Counted from the first letter of the stretch, positions 49,913-60,168 are shown. The stretch is DNA of 64,000 nucleotides from an uncultured Actinomycetes bacterium (GCA_963767005.1 CAVYCN010000002.1:160001-224000); one strand, 5' to 3'. Made by a program: numbers and translations. Notes: generated by a model not told the origin, from the letters alone.

Positions 49913-52151
49913 CGCGCCCCGCACGAGCGACGGCGCCGGCAAGGCCGACGCCGCCCTGCAGCCCAACGAGAAGCTCGACGTGCCGGCCCTGCTCGAGGGC
50001 ATCGAGCACTACCGGCCGCGGCGCCGCGGCTGGCACTGGCGCGAGCAGGTGCCCGACCAGCACCTGGGCCCGTTCACCTACAAGGAGACCTCGAAGGGCC
50101 TCGAGCAGAGCGTGCCGCTGCCGGCGGCGCACTATTTCGGCGACATCGACCCGCAGCCCGACTGCGTGATCACGACCGAGATCGCCAGCGGCCGCTTCGA
50201 GGACGACATCCGCCGCATGCGCATGGCCGCCTGGCACGGCGCCGACCACATGATGGTGATCCGCACCGCCGGCCAGAGCCACATGGACGGCCTGCTCGAG
50301 GGCACGCCCGAGGGCGTCGGCGGCATCGCCGTCACCCGCAAGCAGGTGCGCGCCACGCGCCGCGCGCTCGACCTGATCGAGGATGAGGTCGGCCGGTTGA
50401 TCAACTTCCACTCCTACGTGAGCGGCGTGGCCGGACCCGAGATCGCCGTGATGTTCGCCGAGGAGGGCGTGAACGGCGCCCACCAGGACCCGCAGTACAA
50501 CGTCCTGTACCGCAACATCAACATGTACCGCAGCTTCGTCGACGCCGCCGTGGCCAAGCACGTCATGGCGAGCGTGCGCATGGCCCAGATCGACGGCGCC
50601 CACAACGCCAACGCCACGGCGCGCGAGGCCTGGAAGGTCATGCCGGAGCTGCTCGTGCAGCACGCCATCAACTGCGCCTACTCGGTCGCGGCCGGTATGC
50701 CCAAAGAGGACATCTGCCTGTCGACCGTGCCGCCCGACGCGCCGCCGGCGCCCTGCATGCGCATGGACCTGCCCTACGCGGTCGCCCTGCGCGACCTGTT
50801 CGGCGAGTACAGGATGCGGGCCCAGCAGAACACGCGCTACATGGAGTCGTGCGGTCGCGAGGCCACCGTCTCGCACGTCATGAACCTCATGATCAGCCGC
50901 CTGACGAGCGCCGACATCCAGAGCACGATCACCCCCGACGAGGGTCGTAACGTGCCCTGGCACTACAACAACGTGCACGCCGTGAACACCGCCCGGCAGT
51001 CGCTCGTGGGCATGGACGGCCTGCGCGAGTTCGTCAAGCTCGACCTCGACAACCCCGAGTTCCACGACAAGGTGCGTGAGTTGAAGGAGCGCGCCGTGCT
51101 GTTCCTCGAGGGCATGGTGCGCGACGGCGGCTACTTCGCCGCGGTCGAGCAGGGCTACTTCGTCGACTCGGGGCAGTACCCCGAGACCAACGACGACGCC
51201 ATCGTGCGCTACGCTGACGGCGGCGTGGCGGCCGGCTCGATCGTCGAGCGCGCCGCCGACTACCTGGCGCCGGTCTGCCACCACTTCGGCGACAACCACC
51301 TGCCGGCCGGCCTGGCCAAGCCCTGCGAGCCGATCGGCGGCTGCACGCTGTGCGACCCGGCCAAGGTGCCGTTCGTCGACGAGCTCGACCCCGAGGACAA
51401 CGTCAACGTGCGCCTGCAGCGCACGGCCGACCTGCGCACCAAGGGCCTGATCAAGCCCGAGGTCGAGTGGGCCGGCGACGGCATCGTGGTCGTCACGCTC
51501 TTTCTGCCGGCGAGCGAGCGGACGGCCGAGTTCGCCGCCCTCGAGCTCGCCCGGGCGATGAACCTGCAGGACCCCGAGGTCATCCACAAGCAGGTCATGC
51601 ACCCGGCCGAGGGCACGCTGCTCGAGGTCAAGGGCAGGCTCGACGTTACGGTCGACCCGGCCACTCTGGTGATCCCGCCGGAGCCCGACATGCTGTCCGA
51701 CGACGAGATCCGCGCCTACGTGAAGGCACGCGGCCTGAAGGTCGTGGGCGCAACGGTCGGCGAGGACGAGCACTCGGTCGGCATGCGCGAGATCCTCGAC
51801 ATCAAGCACGGCGGCCTCGAGGGCTTCGGCGTGGCCTGCGAGTACCTTGGCACCTCGGTGCCGGTCGAGAAGGTGCTCGACGCCGCGATCGAGCACGCCG
51901 CCGACGCCGTGCTGATCTCGACCATCATCACCCACGGCGAGGTGCACCGCCTGAACATGCAGAAGCTGGCCGACCTCGCCACCGAGAAGGGCGTGCGCGA
52001 CAAGCTGCTGCTGATCGCCGGCGGCACGCAGGTGACGCCCGAGCTCTCGCGCGAGTGGGGCATGGATGCCGGCTTCGGGCGCGGCACCAAGGGCATCGAC
52101 GTCGCCTCGTTCATCGTGGAGACGCTGAAGGAGCGGGAACGCTCCGCCTGA
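49905..52151 (+). CDS. oraE: D-ornithine 4,5-aminomutase E subunit (AdoCbl/PLP)
   Basis: EIASGRFEDDIRRMRMAAWHGADH, GAHQDPQYN, B12 motif DEHSVG and PLP lysine DIKHGG. Confidence 0.95.
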   Translation: MPDAPRTSDGAGKADAALQPNEKLDVPALLEGIEHYRPRRRGWHWREQVPDQHLGPFTYKETSKGLEQSVPLPAAHYFGDIDPQPDCVITTEIASGRFEDDIRRMRMAAWHGADHMMVIRTAGQSHMDGLLEGTPEGVGGIAVTRKQVRATRRALDLIEDEVGRLINFHSYVSGVAGPEIAVMFAEEGVNGAHQDPQYNVLYRNINMYRSFVDAAVAKHVMASVRMAQIDGAHNANATAREAWKVMPELLVQHAINCAYSVAAGMPKEDICLSTVPPDAPPAPCMRMDLPYAVALRDLFGEYRMRAQQNTRYMESCGREATVSHVMNLMISRLTSADIQSTITPDEGRNVPWHYNNVHAVNTARQSLVGMDGLREFVKLDLDNPEFHDKVRELKERAVLFLEGMVRDGGYFAAVEQGYFVDSGQYPETNDDAIVRYADGGVAAGSIVERAADYLAPVCHHFGDNHLPAGLAKPCEPIGGCTLCDPAKVPFVDELDPEDNVNVRLQRTADLRTKGLIKPEVEWAGDGIVVVTLFLPASERTAEFAALELARAMNLQDPEVIHKQVMHPAEGTLLEVKGRLDVTVDPATLVIPPEPDMLSDDEIRAYVKARGLKVVGATVGEDEHSVGMREILDIKHGGLEGFGVACEYLGTSVPVEKVLDAAIEHAADAVLISTIITHGEVHRLNMQKLADLATEKGVRDKLLLIAGGTQVTPELSREWGMDAGFGRGTKGIDVASFIVETLKERERSA

Positions 52152-52166
52152 GCGGCACGCGCGTGA

Positions 52167-52260
52167 GGGGCGGGGCGGGCGGCGCAGCCGCCCGCCCCGC
52201 CCCGAACGCCTTCGCAGCCGGTGCGCCGCTGTCCGCCTTCGCAGCCGGTGCGCCGCCGTT
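52167..52260 (+). repeat. GC hairpin followed by a 27-bp tandem duplication
   Basis: Hairpin at 52167-52203. CGCCTTCGCAGCCGGTGCGCCGC occurs twice, at 52207 and 52234. Confidence 0.7.
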
Positions 52261-52296
52261 CGCCGCGGCGCCCGGTCACCACGGTTCGGGGCCGCG

Positions 52297-53646
52297 GTGA
52301 GCGAGCCGCGGCGCATCGATGTCGTCGTGGCCGAGATCGGCTCGACCACGACCGTGGTCTCGGCCTTCGACGGCCTCTCCGGCTGGCCGGCGAGCACGCC
52401 GCGCCTGCTCGGCCAGGGCGTGGCGTCGACGTCGGTCGAGGCGGGCGACGTCACGGTCGGCCTGCGCGCGGCACGCGCCGCGCTCGAGGCCGGTACCGGC
52501 CCGCTCGAGCCCGGCCTCACGCTCGCTACCAGCTCGGCGGCCGGGGGCTTGCGCATGACCGTGCACGGCCTGACACAGCGCATGACGGCGATGGCGGCCC
52601 GCGAGGCGGCTCTGGGCGCCGGCGCCGTCGTCACCTACCAGACGGCCGGCCGCCTGCGCGACCACGACCTGCGCGCGATCGGGCAGGCCCAGCCGAGCCT
52701 GGTCATGCTGGCCGGCGGGGTCGAAGGCGGCGACAGCGACACGGTACTCTTCAACGCCGGGCGTCTGCGCGAGCTGCCGCTGCGGCCGATCGTGGTCTAC
52801 GGCGGCAACTCGGCGGTCGCCGACGACGCCCGCGACCTGCTCGAGCGCGACGGCTTTCGCGTGCGCGTCACGAACAACGTCTACCCGGCCGTCGACGAGC
52901 TCGACATCGTGCCGGCCCGCACCGTCATCCACGACGCCTTCGAGGAGCACATCGTCCACGCGCCGGGGATGGTGCGCATCGGCGAGATCGTGAACGGCCG
53001 TATCCTGCCGACGCCGGGGGCGGTGCTCCTCGCCGCCGAGCGCCTCGCCGACGACCTCGGCGATCTCGTCGTGGTCGACGTGGGCGGCGCCACCACCGAC
53101 GTGCACTCGGTGACCGACGGCAGTCCCGAGATCGGCGCCATCCAGATCGAACCCCAGCCGCACAGCCGGCGCACCGTCGAGGGCGACCTCGGCACGTTCG
53201 TGAGCGCCGAGCACGTGGCGGCCATGATGCCGGCCGTCGAGCGGCCGACGGTCCTGCCGCCGGCCCTGCCGCGCAGCCCCGACGAGGTCGACGCGGCGCG
53301 CGCCCTGGCCGCCTTCTGCACCGTGGCCGGCGTGCAGCGGCACGCCGGCCGCCTCACGCATCTCTACACGCCGACCGGCCGCCAGACGGTCGCGCGCGGC
53401 CGCGACCTGACCGCCTGCCGGCTGCTCGTCGGCACGGGCGGCGCCCTGACACGGCTGCCGGGCGGCGGCGACATGCTCGCCGCCGCGCGCGCCCCTGAGA
53501 GCGGCGCCGGCGAGCGCCTGCTGCCGCCGGCCGACGCCACGTGCGTGCTCGACGCCGACTATGTGCTGGCGGACTGTGGTGCCCTGCTCGCGCACTTCGA
53601 CGGCGTCGCCGTGGTCGCCCTCATGCGGGCCAGCCTCGGCGTCTGA
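52297..53646 (+). CDS. GlmL/MutL-like reactivating factor for ornithine aminomutase
   Basis: AEIGSTTT, SSAAGGLRM, PTPGAV, DVGGATTDVHS and RTVEGDLG motifs. Follows oraE. Confidence 0.88.
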   Translation: MSEPRRIDVVVAEIGSTTTVVSAFDGLSGWPASTPRLLGQGVASTSVEAGDVTVGLRAARAALEAGTGPLEPGLTLATSSAAGGLRMTVHGLTQRMTAMAAREAALGAGAVVTYQTAGRLRDHDLRAIGQAQPSLVMLAGGVEGGDSDTVLFNAGRLRELPLRPIVVYGGNSAVADDARDLLERDGFRVRVTNNVYPAVDELDIVPARTVIHDAFEEHIVHAPGMVRIGEIVNGRILPTPGAVLLAAERLADDLGDLVVVDVGGATTDVHSVTDGSPEIGAIQIEPQPHSRRTVEGDLGTFVSAEHVAAMMPAVERPTVLPPALPRSPDEVDAARALAAFCTVAGVQRHAGRLTHLYTPTGRQTVARGRDLTACRLLVGTGGALTRLPGGGDMLAAARAPESGAGERLLPPADATCVLDADYVLADCGALLAHFDGVAVVALMRASLGV

Positions 53647-53656
53647 CCGACGCCGT

Positions 53657-54400
53657 TCAGGCGTTGAGCGTGATCGCCGAGGCGGGGCAGACCTGCACGC
53701 AGCGCCGGCAGAGGATGCAGCTCTCGGGCGACTGCGCGGTCGCGCGGCCGGCGCTGTTCCAGGCGAAGACCGACCTGGGACAGACCTGGATGCAGTGGCC
53801 GCAGGCGATGCAGCTCGACGAATCGACGACCACGCGCGGAGTGGTCGTGCCGGTGGCGCCGCTCGAGCTCGCCGCGCCGGCGCTCGCGCCGCTCGACGAC
53901 GAGCCCGCCGTGCTTCCTGCGCCGCCCTGACCGGTCGAGACACCGGCGGCGGTCGTCTGGTCCGTGTCGACGGCCCCCGCGATGCGCGAGAGGGCGACGC
54001 CACCAACGAGCGCGGCGCCGAAGCCGGCCGCACCGACGAGGAAGCCGCGCCGGGTGAGATGCCCGCGGGGCTGCGCGCGCCGCTCGGGCGCGCGCTCGGG
54101 CGTGCGCTCCGTCGTGCGTTGCGGGCGCCGGTCGGGCAGCTCGCCGCGCGCCTCGGCGAGCCACCTGCTCGCCGTGTGGACGACCCAGCGCCAGTGCAGC
54201 ACGAGGTGCAGCGCGACGCCGGCGGCCGCGACGGCGCCGCTCCAGTCGTGCAGCCAGTGCCAGGCGTGGAACGAAAGGCCGACGAGCAGCGCCTGCTGCC
54301 ACGCCGGCGGCAGCAGGAAGACGACGCCGGTGACGGCGGTCACCAGGAACGCCCCGCCGACGACGGCGTCGATCACCAGGTTGAGCCGCGCTCGCTTCAT
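53657..54400 (-). CDS. DUF4405-like membrane domain, internal twin-arginine helix and 2[4Fe-4S] ferredoxin
   Basis: WHWLHDWSG...ALHLVLHWRW, TRRGFLVG followed by a TM helix, and CIACGHCIQVCP / CILCRRCVQVCP. Confidence 0.8.
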   Translation of the reverse strand: MKRARLNLVIDAVVGGAFLVTAVTGVVFLLPPAWQQALLVGLSFHAWHWLHDWSGAVAAAGVALHLVLHWRWVVHTASRWLAEARGELPDRRPQRTTERTPERAPERRAQPRGHLTRRGFLVGAAGFGAALVGGVALSRIAGAVDTDQTTAAGVSTGQGGAGSTAGSSSSGASAGAASSSGATGTTTPRVVVDSSSCIACGHCIQVCPRSVFAWNSAGRATAQSPESCILCRRCVQVCPASAITLNA

Positions 54401-54532
54401 GCGCGGTCCCGTCGCGCGGCCGTGCGTCGTGCGAGCGGCTTGCGTCCCTCCATGAGCGTGCGTCCCTCCGTCGATGTGCGTCGCTGCGCTCGTTTCGCGC
54501 TCCGAGGATACCCGGCGGCCCTGGGACCTAGC

Positions 54533-54549
54533 CTGAGATGAGGCTGAGA
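54533..54549 (-). promoter_or_regulatory. OmpR/MprA-type direct-repeat box
   Basis: Minus strand reads TCTCAG-CCTCA-TCTCAG (11-bp period), upstream of the ferredoxin gene. Confidence 0.45.
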
Positions 54550-54769
54550 ATGTCCTGTGCGAGCGGCGCCGGGCCCTCGCCGCGCTCCTCCGTCGGGGGC
54601 CGGTGATAGGCTGGCCGCGACCATCGTGGGGAGGACCATCATGCCGCCGTTGAGCATCTCCGGAGCCGTGCCGATCGTCGTCGGTGCCGGCTCGCACTGG
54701 CGCCCGCCGCCGGGCCGCTGAGCGTCCCGCGGTGAGGGTCGCCCGCCGGTCGGGCATGCAGATGCCGAC

Positions 54770-57700
54770 ATGACCACTCCGTCCGTCCATCCCGCCCTTA
54801 CGGGCTTCACCCCGCAGGTGCGCGACTGGTTCGCGCGGGCCTTCGCCGAGCCGACGCCCGCGCAGGCCCTCGCCTGGCCGGCGATCGCCGGCGGGCGCCA
54901 CGCGCTCATCTCGGCGCCCACCGGCTCGGGCAAGACACTCGCCGCCTTTCTCTGGGCGCTCGACCGGCTCGTCGCCGACCCCTCGCCGGTCGCGCCCGCG
55001 CGGCGCAGCGTGCGTCTGGTCTACGTCTCGCCGCTCAAGGCGCTCGGCTACGACATCGAGCGCAACCTGCGCGTGCCGCTGCGCGGCATCGGCGTCGACG
55101 TGCGCGTCGCCGTGCGCACCGGCGACACGCCGCAGCGCGAGCGTCGCGAGATGCTGCGCACGCCGCCCGACGTGCTCATCACGACGCCTGAGTCACTGTT
55201 CCTCATGCTCACGAGCGGCGCCCAGACGCTCTTCGCCGGCACCGAGTGGGTGATCGTCGACGAGATCCACGCCGTGGCCCAGTCCAAGCGCGGCGCTCAC
55301 CTCGCCGTCACGCTCGAGCGTCTCGCCGCCGGGGCCGGTCGCGACGTGCAGCGCATCGGTCTGTCGGCCACCCAGCGGCCGCTCGACGAGGTCGCGCGGT
55401 TTCTGGTGGGGTCCGGGCGCGACTGCGCCGTGGTCGATGCCGGCTCCGCCAAGCCGCTCGACCTGCGCATCCACGTGCCTGTCGAGTCGATGGTCGAGCC
55501 CGACGCGCCGCTCGCGCTCGACAGCCTGCCGGGCGGCAGCGAGGCCACGCGACGCTCGATCTGGCCGGCGATCTACCCCGAGTTGCTCAAGCTCGTGCGG
55601 GCGCACCGCTCGACGCTCGTGTTCGTCAACGACCGGCGCGCCGCCGAGCGCATCGCCCTGCGCCTGAACGACCTCGCCGCCCGCGACGAGGGGGCAGACG
55701 GCGGGGGAGAGGGTGACGGTGTGGGTCCGGTCCCGCGCGAGATCGCCCGGGCGCACCACGGCTCGCTCGCCCGCGAGGAGCGCCAGACGATCGAGGACGA
55801 CCTCAAGGCGGGCCGCCTGCCGTGCCTGGTCGCCACCTCATCGCTCGAGCTCGGCATCGACATGGGAGCGATCGACCTGGTCGTGCAGGTCGAGTCGCCC
55901 AAGTCGGTCACGCGCGGCCTGCAGCGCATCGGCCGCGCCGGCCATGGCGTGGGCGAGGTCTCGCGCGGTCGCATCTTCCCCAAGTTTCGCGCCGATCTGC
56001 TCGAGTGCGCGGTCGTGGCCCGTCGCATGCGCGAGGGGTTGATCGAGCAGACCGTGGTGCCGCGCAACCCGCTTGACGTGCTCGCCCAGCAGGTGGTGGC
56101 GATCGCCGTGGCGGCCGGCGACGACGGCGTCGCGGTCGACGAGCTGCACGAGCTCGTGCGTCGCACCTGGACGTTCGCCGAGCTCGACCGCCGGCAGCTC
56201 GAGAACGTGCTCGACATGCTCGACGGACGCTACCCGTCGCGCGACTTCGGCGACCTGCGGGCGCGGATCGTGTGGGACCGTCTGGGCGGCACGATCCGCG
56301 CCCGCAGCGGCGCCCGCGCCCTGGTCGTGGCCAACGCCGGCACCATCCCTGACCGCGGCCTGTTCACGGTCAACCTGCCCGACGGGCGCCGGGTCGGCGA
56401 GCTCGACGAGGAGATGGTCTACGAGGCGCGCGTGGGGCAGACGTTCCTGCTCGGCGCCGCGTCGTGGCGCATCGAGGAGATCACCCGCGACCGCGTGGTC
56501 GTGAGCCCGGCGCCGGGCGTGCCCGGCGCCGTCCCCTTCTGGCACGGCGACTCGGTTGGCCGGCCGCGCGAGCTCGGCGCCGCGATCGGCGCCTTCTCCC
56601 GCTGGGCCGTCGAGCAGGACGAATCGACCCTCGAGCGCGAGTACGACCTGGACGAGCGCGCCGCCCGCAACCTGCTCGCCTACCTACGCGAGCAGCAGGA
56701 CGCGACCCGCGTCGTGCCCTCCGACCGCACGGTGGTCGTCGAGCGCTTTCGCGACGAGATCGGCGACTGGCGGTTGTGCGTGCTCACGCCCTTCGGCGGT
56801 CGGGTGCACGCTGCCTGGGCCCTCGCCCTGAGCGCCCGCCTGCGCCAGGCCGGCGGCCCCGCGGCCGACCCGATCTGGTCCGACGACGGCATCATCCTGC
56901 ACCTGCCCGACGCCGACGAGCCGCCCGGCAGCGACCTCGTCCTGCTCGAGCCCGAGGAGGTCGAGGACCTCGTCGTCGCCGAGCTCGGCGCGAGCGCCCT
57001 GTTCGGGGCGCGCTTCCGCGAGAACGCGGCGCGCTCGCTGCTGATCCCGCGGGCCTACCCCGGACGGCGCACGCCGCTCTGGCAGCAGCGCCTCAAGGCA
57101 CAGTCGCTGCTCGAGGTGGCGCGCCGCCACCCGCGCTTCCCCGTGATCCTCGAGACCTACCGCGAGTGCCTGCGCGACGTGCTCGACCTGCCCAGCCTGG
57201 TCGAGCTGCTGCGCGGCCTGTCGACGCGCGAGCTCGCGCTCGTCGAGGTCGAGACGGCGAGCGCCTCGCCGATGGCCACCTCGCTGCTCTTCGACTACGT
57301 CGCCGCCTACATGTACGAGGGCGACGCGCCCAGCGCCGAGCGCAAGGCCATCGCTCTCGCCCTCGACCGCGAGTTGCTGCGCGAGCTGCTCGGCCAAGAG
57401 GAGCTGCGCGAGCTGATCGACCCCGACGCCCTCGAGCAGGTCGAGGACGACCTGCAGCGCCGCAGCGAGCCGCTGCGCGCGGCCGACCCCGACCGCCTGC
57501 ACGATGTGCTGCGCCTGCTGGGCGACCTCACGGTCGCCGAGGCGGCGCAGCGCAGCCACGCCGCCGACGTCGCGGCCTGGCTCGCCGATCTCGCGGGGCA
57601 GCGCCGAGCGGTGCGGCTGCGGGTCGGCGGCGAGGAGCGCTGGATCGCCTCCGAAGACGCGGGCCTGTACCGCGACGCGCTCGGCGCTGTGCCGCCCGGC

Positions 57701-59227
57701 GGCCTGCCCGACGCCTTCCTGGCCGACGTTCCCGACGCCCTGGCCGAGCTGCTGCGGCGCTACGCCCGCACGCACGGGCCGTTCGAGAGCGGCGACGTGC
57801 GCCGCCGCCTGGGGATCGACGCCGAGACGGCGCTGGCCGGCCTCGAACGCCTTGGCGAGCTCGTGCGCGGCGAGCTGCGGCCGCTGGGCACTACGCGCGA
57901 GTGGTGCGACCCCGAGGTGCTGCGCCGCCTGCGGCGCGCCTCGCTCGCCGCGCTGCGCCGCGAGATCGCGCCCGTGGGCCGCGAGGCGCTGGCCCGCTTC
58001 GCGCCGCCCTGGCAGGGCGTCGACCGCGGCACGGCGGCCGGCGCCGGGGTCGAGCGCCTGCGCGACATCCTCGCGCCCCTGCAGGGCCTGCCGCTCGCCG
58101 CCGAGCTCTGGGAGCACGACGTGCTGCCCCGCCGTCTGGGCGGCGCCTACGCGCCGGCCTGGCTCGACGAGCTCTGCGCGAGCGGCGAGCTCGTCTGGGT
58201 CGGGGCCGGCGCGACGGGGCGCCGCAGCGGCCGCGTCGCGCTGTACTTCCGCGATGACGCTCCGCTGCTGGGTCCGCCGCCGGCACCGTCGGAGCGCCCC
58301 GCCGGCGAGCTCCACGAGCGCCTGCGCGCGCGTTTGCGCGCCGGCGCCTGCTTCTTCACCGATCTGCTCGTCGAGCACCCCGACGCCGGCGCCGACGAGC
58401 TGCGCGACGCGCTCTGGGACCTCGTCTGGGCGGGCGAGGCGACCAACGACGCCTTCGTGCCCCTGCGGCAGCGGCGGGTGGCCGCCGCCCGGCCTGGGGC
58501 GTCGCTTTCCGTCGGTCGCCGTCCCGGCGCCGGCCGGTTCCGGCGGCGGCCGCGCGCCGCCGCTGTGGTGCAGGGTCGCTGGTCGCTTACGGAGGCCGTC
58601 TTCGGCGCGCAGCGCGTCGAGCCCGGGGCGCGCGCCCGGGCCTGGGCCGAGCTGCTGCTCGAGCGCCATGGTGTCGTCACGCGCGAGCTGGTACGCGCCG
58701 AGGGCATCCCCGGCGGCTTCGCCGCGCTGTACCCCGAGCTCTCGGCGCTCGAGACGCTCGGCGCGGCACGGCGCGGCTACTTCGTCGAGGGGCTGGGCGG
58801 CGCCCAGTTCGCCCTGCCCGGCGCGGTCGAGCGTCTGCGCGCGCCCGACGCCGACGAGCCGCGTCCCTTCGTGCTGGCGGCGGCCGATCCGGCCCAGCCC
58901 TACGGCGCCGGGCTGGCGTGGCCGCCGGGCAGCCACGCGCCGGCGCGGCGCGCCGGCGCGTACGTGGTGCTGCTGGGCGGCCGCCCGATCGTCTCGGTCG
59001 AGACCGGCGGCCACTCGCTATGGCTGCACGACGCCGCGGCGGCCGCCGATGTCGAGCGCGCGCTCGAAGCCCTGGCCGTCGCGGTGCGCGACGGCCAGGT
59101 GCCGCGCCTCGCGCTCGAGCGCATCGACGGCGCGCCGGCCCTCGACGCGGCCCTGGTGGGCACGCTCGTCGGGCTCGGCTTCCGGCCCGGCCCGCGTCGC
59201 CTCACGCTGCGCCGCGGCGAGGGCTGA
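54770..59227 (+). CDS. lhr: Lhr family ATP-dependent helicase (long form)
   Basis: APTGSGKT, TTPESL, DEIH, LSAT, HHGS and QRIGRAGH motifs, with a long C-terminal region. 1485 aa. Confidence 0.93.
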   Translation: MTTPSVHPALTGFTPQVRDWFARAFAEPTPAQALAWPAIAGGRHALISAPTGSGKTLAAFLWALDRLVADPSPVAPARRSVRLVYVSPLKALGYDIERNLRVPLRGIGVDVRVAVRTGDTPQRERREMLRTPPDVLITTPESLFLMLTSGAQTLFAGTEWVIVDEIHAVAQSKRGAHLAVTLERLAAGAGRDVQRIGLSATQRPLDEVARFLVGSGRDCAVVDAGSAKPLDLRIHVPVESMVEPDAPLALDSLPGGSEATRRSIWPAIYPELLKLVRAHRSTLVFVNDRRAAERIALRLNDLAARDEGADGGGEGDGVGPVPREIARAHHGSLAREERQTIEDDLKAGRLPCLVATSSLELGIDMGAIDLVVQVESPKSVTRGLQRIGRAGHGVGEVSRGRIFPKFRADLLECAVVARRMREGLIEQTVVPRNPLDVLAQQVVAIAVAAGDDGVAVDELHELVRRTWTFAELDRRQLENVLDMLDGRYPSRDFGDLRARIVWDRLGGTIRARSGARALVVANAGTIPDRGLFTVNLPDGRRVGELDEEMVYEARVGQTFLLGAASWRIEEITRDRVVVSPAPGVPGAVPFWHGDSVGRPRELGAAIGAFSRWAVEQDESTLEREYDLDERAARNLLAYLREQQDATRVVPSDRTVVVERFRDEIGDWRLCVLTPFGGRVHAAWALALSARLRQAGGPAADPIWSDDGIILHLPDADEPPGSDLVLLEPEEVEDLVVAELGASALFGARFRENAARSLLIPRAYPGRRTPLWQQRLKAQSLLEVARRHPRFPVILETYRECLRDVLDLPSLVELLRGLSTRELALVEVETASASPMATSLLFDYVAAYMYEGDAPSAERKAIALALDRELLRELLGQEELRELIDPDALEQVEDDLQRRSEPLRAADPDRLHDVLRLLGDLTVAEAAQRSHAADVAAWLADLAGQRRAVRLRVGGEERWIASEDAGLYRDALGAVPPGGLPDAFLADVPDALAELLRRYARTHGPFESGDVRRRLGIDAETALAGLERLGELVRGELRPLGTTREWCDPEVLRRLRRASLAALRREIAPVGREALARFAPPWQGVDRGTAAGAGVERLRDILAPLQGLPLAAELWEHDVLPRRLGGAYAPAWLDELCASGELVWVGAGATGRRSGRVALYFRDDAPLLGPPPAPSERPAGELHERLRARLRAGACFFTDLLVEHPDAGADELRDALWDLVWAGEATNDAFVPLRQRRVAAARPGASLSVGRRPGAGRFRRRPRAAAVVQGRWSLTEAVFGAQRVEPGARARAWAELLLERHGVVTRELVRAEGIPGGFAALYPELSALETLGAARRGYFVEGLGGAQFALPGAVERLRAPDADEPRPFVLAAADPAQPYGAGLAWPPGSHAPARRAGAYVVLLGGRPIVSVETGGHSLWLHDAAAAADVERALEALAVAVRDGQVPRLALERIDGAPALDAALVGTLVGLGFRPGPRRLTLRRGEG

Positions 59228-59229
59228 CC

Positions 59230-60087
59230 GTGCCCGAAGGCGACACCATCCACCACGCCGCGCTCGTGGTCGGCGGCCTGCTCGACGGCCACGTGCCCGA
59301 TCGCCTGGTCACGCCGCATCCGCGCTTCGCCCTCGAACACTGGCCCGAGCGCCTCGCCGGCCGCGCCGTCGAGGCCGTCGAGGCGCGCGGCAAGCACCTG
59401 CTGCTGCGCTTCGAGGGCGGCCTGGTGATCCACTCGCACCTGCGCATGACCGGCGCCTGGCGGGTGCTGTCCCACGAGGTCGCCACGGCTGGCGCTGACG
59501 AGCGGGCCGACCCGGTCGCGCGGCGCGGCGCGGCGGCCGCCCGCGGCGCCGCGAAGCCGCGCGCCGCGGTGCCGCGCGGCGCCTGGCTCGTGATCGGTCG
59601 CGACGAGCACGACGCCGTGCAGCTCCGCGGACCGGTGCTCGAGCTGCTCACCGCGGCGCGCCTGCGCAGCGACCCGCGCCTGCGCGACCTCGGCCCCGAC
59701 CTCGTAGCGGCCGCGCCCTTCGACGAGACGCTCTTCCTGCGCCGCCTGCGCGCCGACGACCCCACTCGCGGCCTGGGCGACGCCCTGCTCGACCAGCACA
59801 TCGTGGCCGGCATCGGCAACTTCTGGAAGTCTGAGGGCTGCTTTCGCGCCGGCGTCGACCCCTGGCGACCGCTCGCCGCCGTGTCCGACGACGAGGCCCT
59901 GGCCGTAGTGCGCACGCTGCGACCGCTCATGCAGTGCTCGGCCGCCGACGGCCGCCAGGACCGCTTTCGCAGCGTCTACGGCCTGGTCGGCCGGCGCTGC
60001 CCGCGCTGCGGCAGGGCCGCGACCAAGGGTCGCGGACAGGGCGACGACGCCCGCACGACGTACTGGTGTCCCGACTGCCAGCATTGA
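59230..60087 (+). CDS. nei: Fpg/Nei family DNA glycosylase
   Basis: N-terminal PEGDT, RGKHL, HLRMTG, LLDQ..AGIGN and a C-terminal zinc finger CPRC...CPDCQ. Confidence 0.9.
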   Translation: MPEGDTIHHAALVVGGLLDGHVPDRLVTPHPRFALEHWPERLAGRAVEAVEARGKHLLLRFEGGLVIHSHLRMTGAWRVLSHEVATAGADERADPVARRGAAAARGAAKPRAAVPRGAWLVIGRDEHDAVQLRGPVLELLTAARLRSDPRLRDLGPDLVAAAPFDETLFLRRLRADDPTRGLGDALLDQHIVAGIGNFWKSEGCFRAGVDPWRPLAAVSDDEALAVVRTLRPLMQCSAADGRQDRFRSVYGLVGRRCPRCGRAATKGRGQGDDARTTYWCPDCQH

Positions 60088-60168
60088 GGGGGAACGGCGC
60101 CGACTTGCACTCGCGTCGGGCATCATCATAAGCTCCTGTATCAGGAATATGCAGGGAGGGTCATAACG

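Noticed and set aside
54770-60087. lhr-nei as a novel system
   Set aside because: This pairing is well known in actinobacteria.
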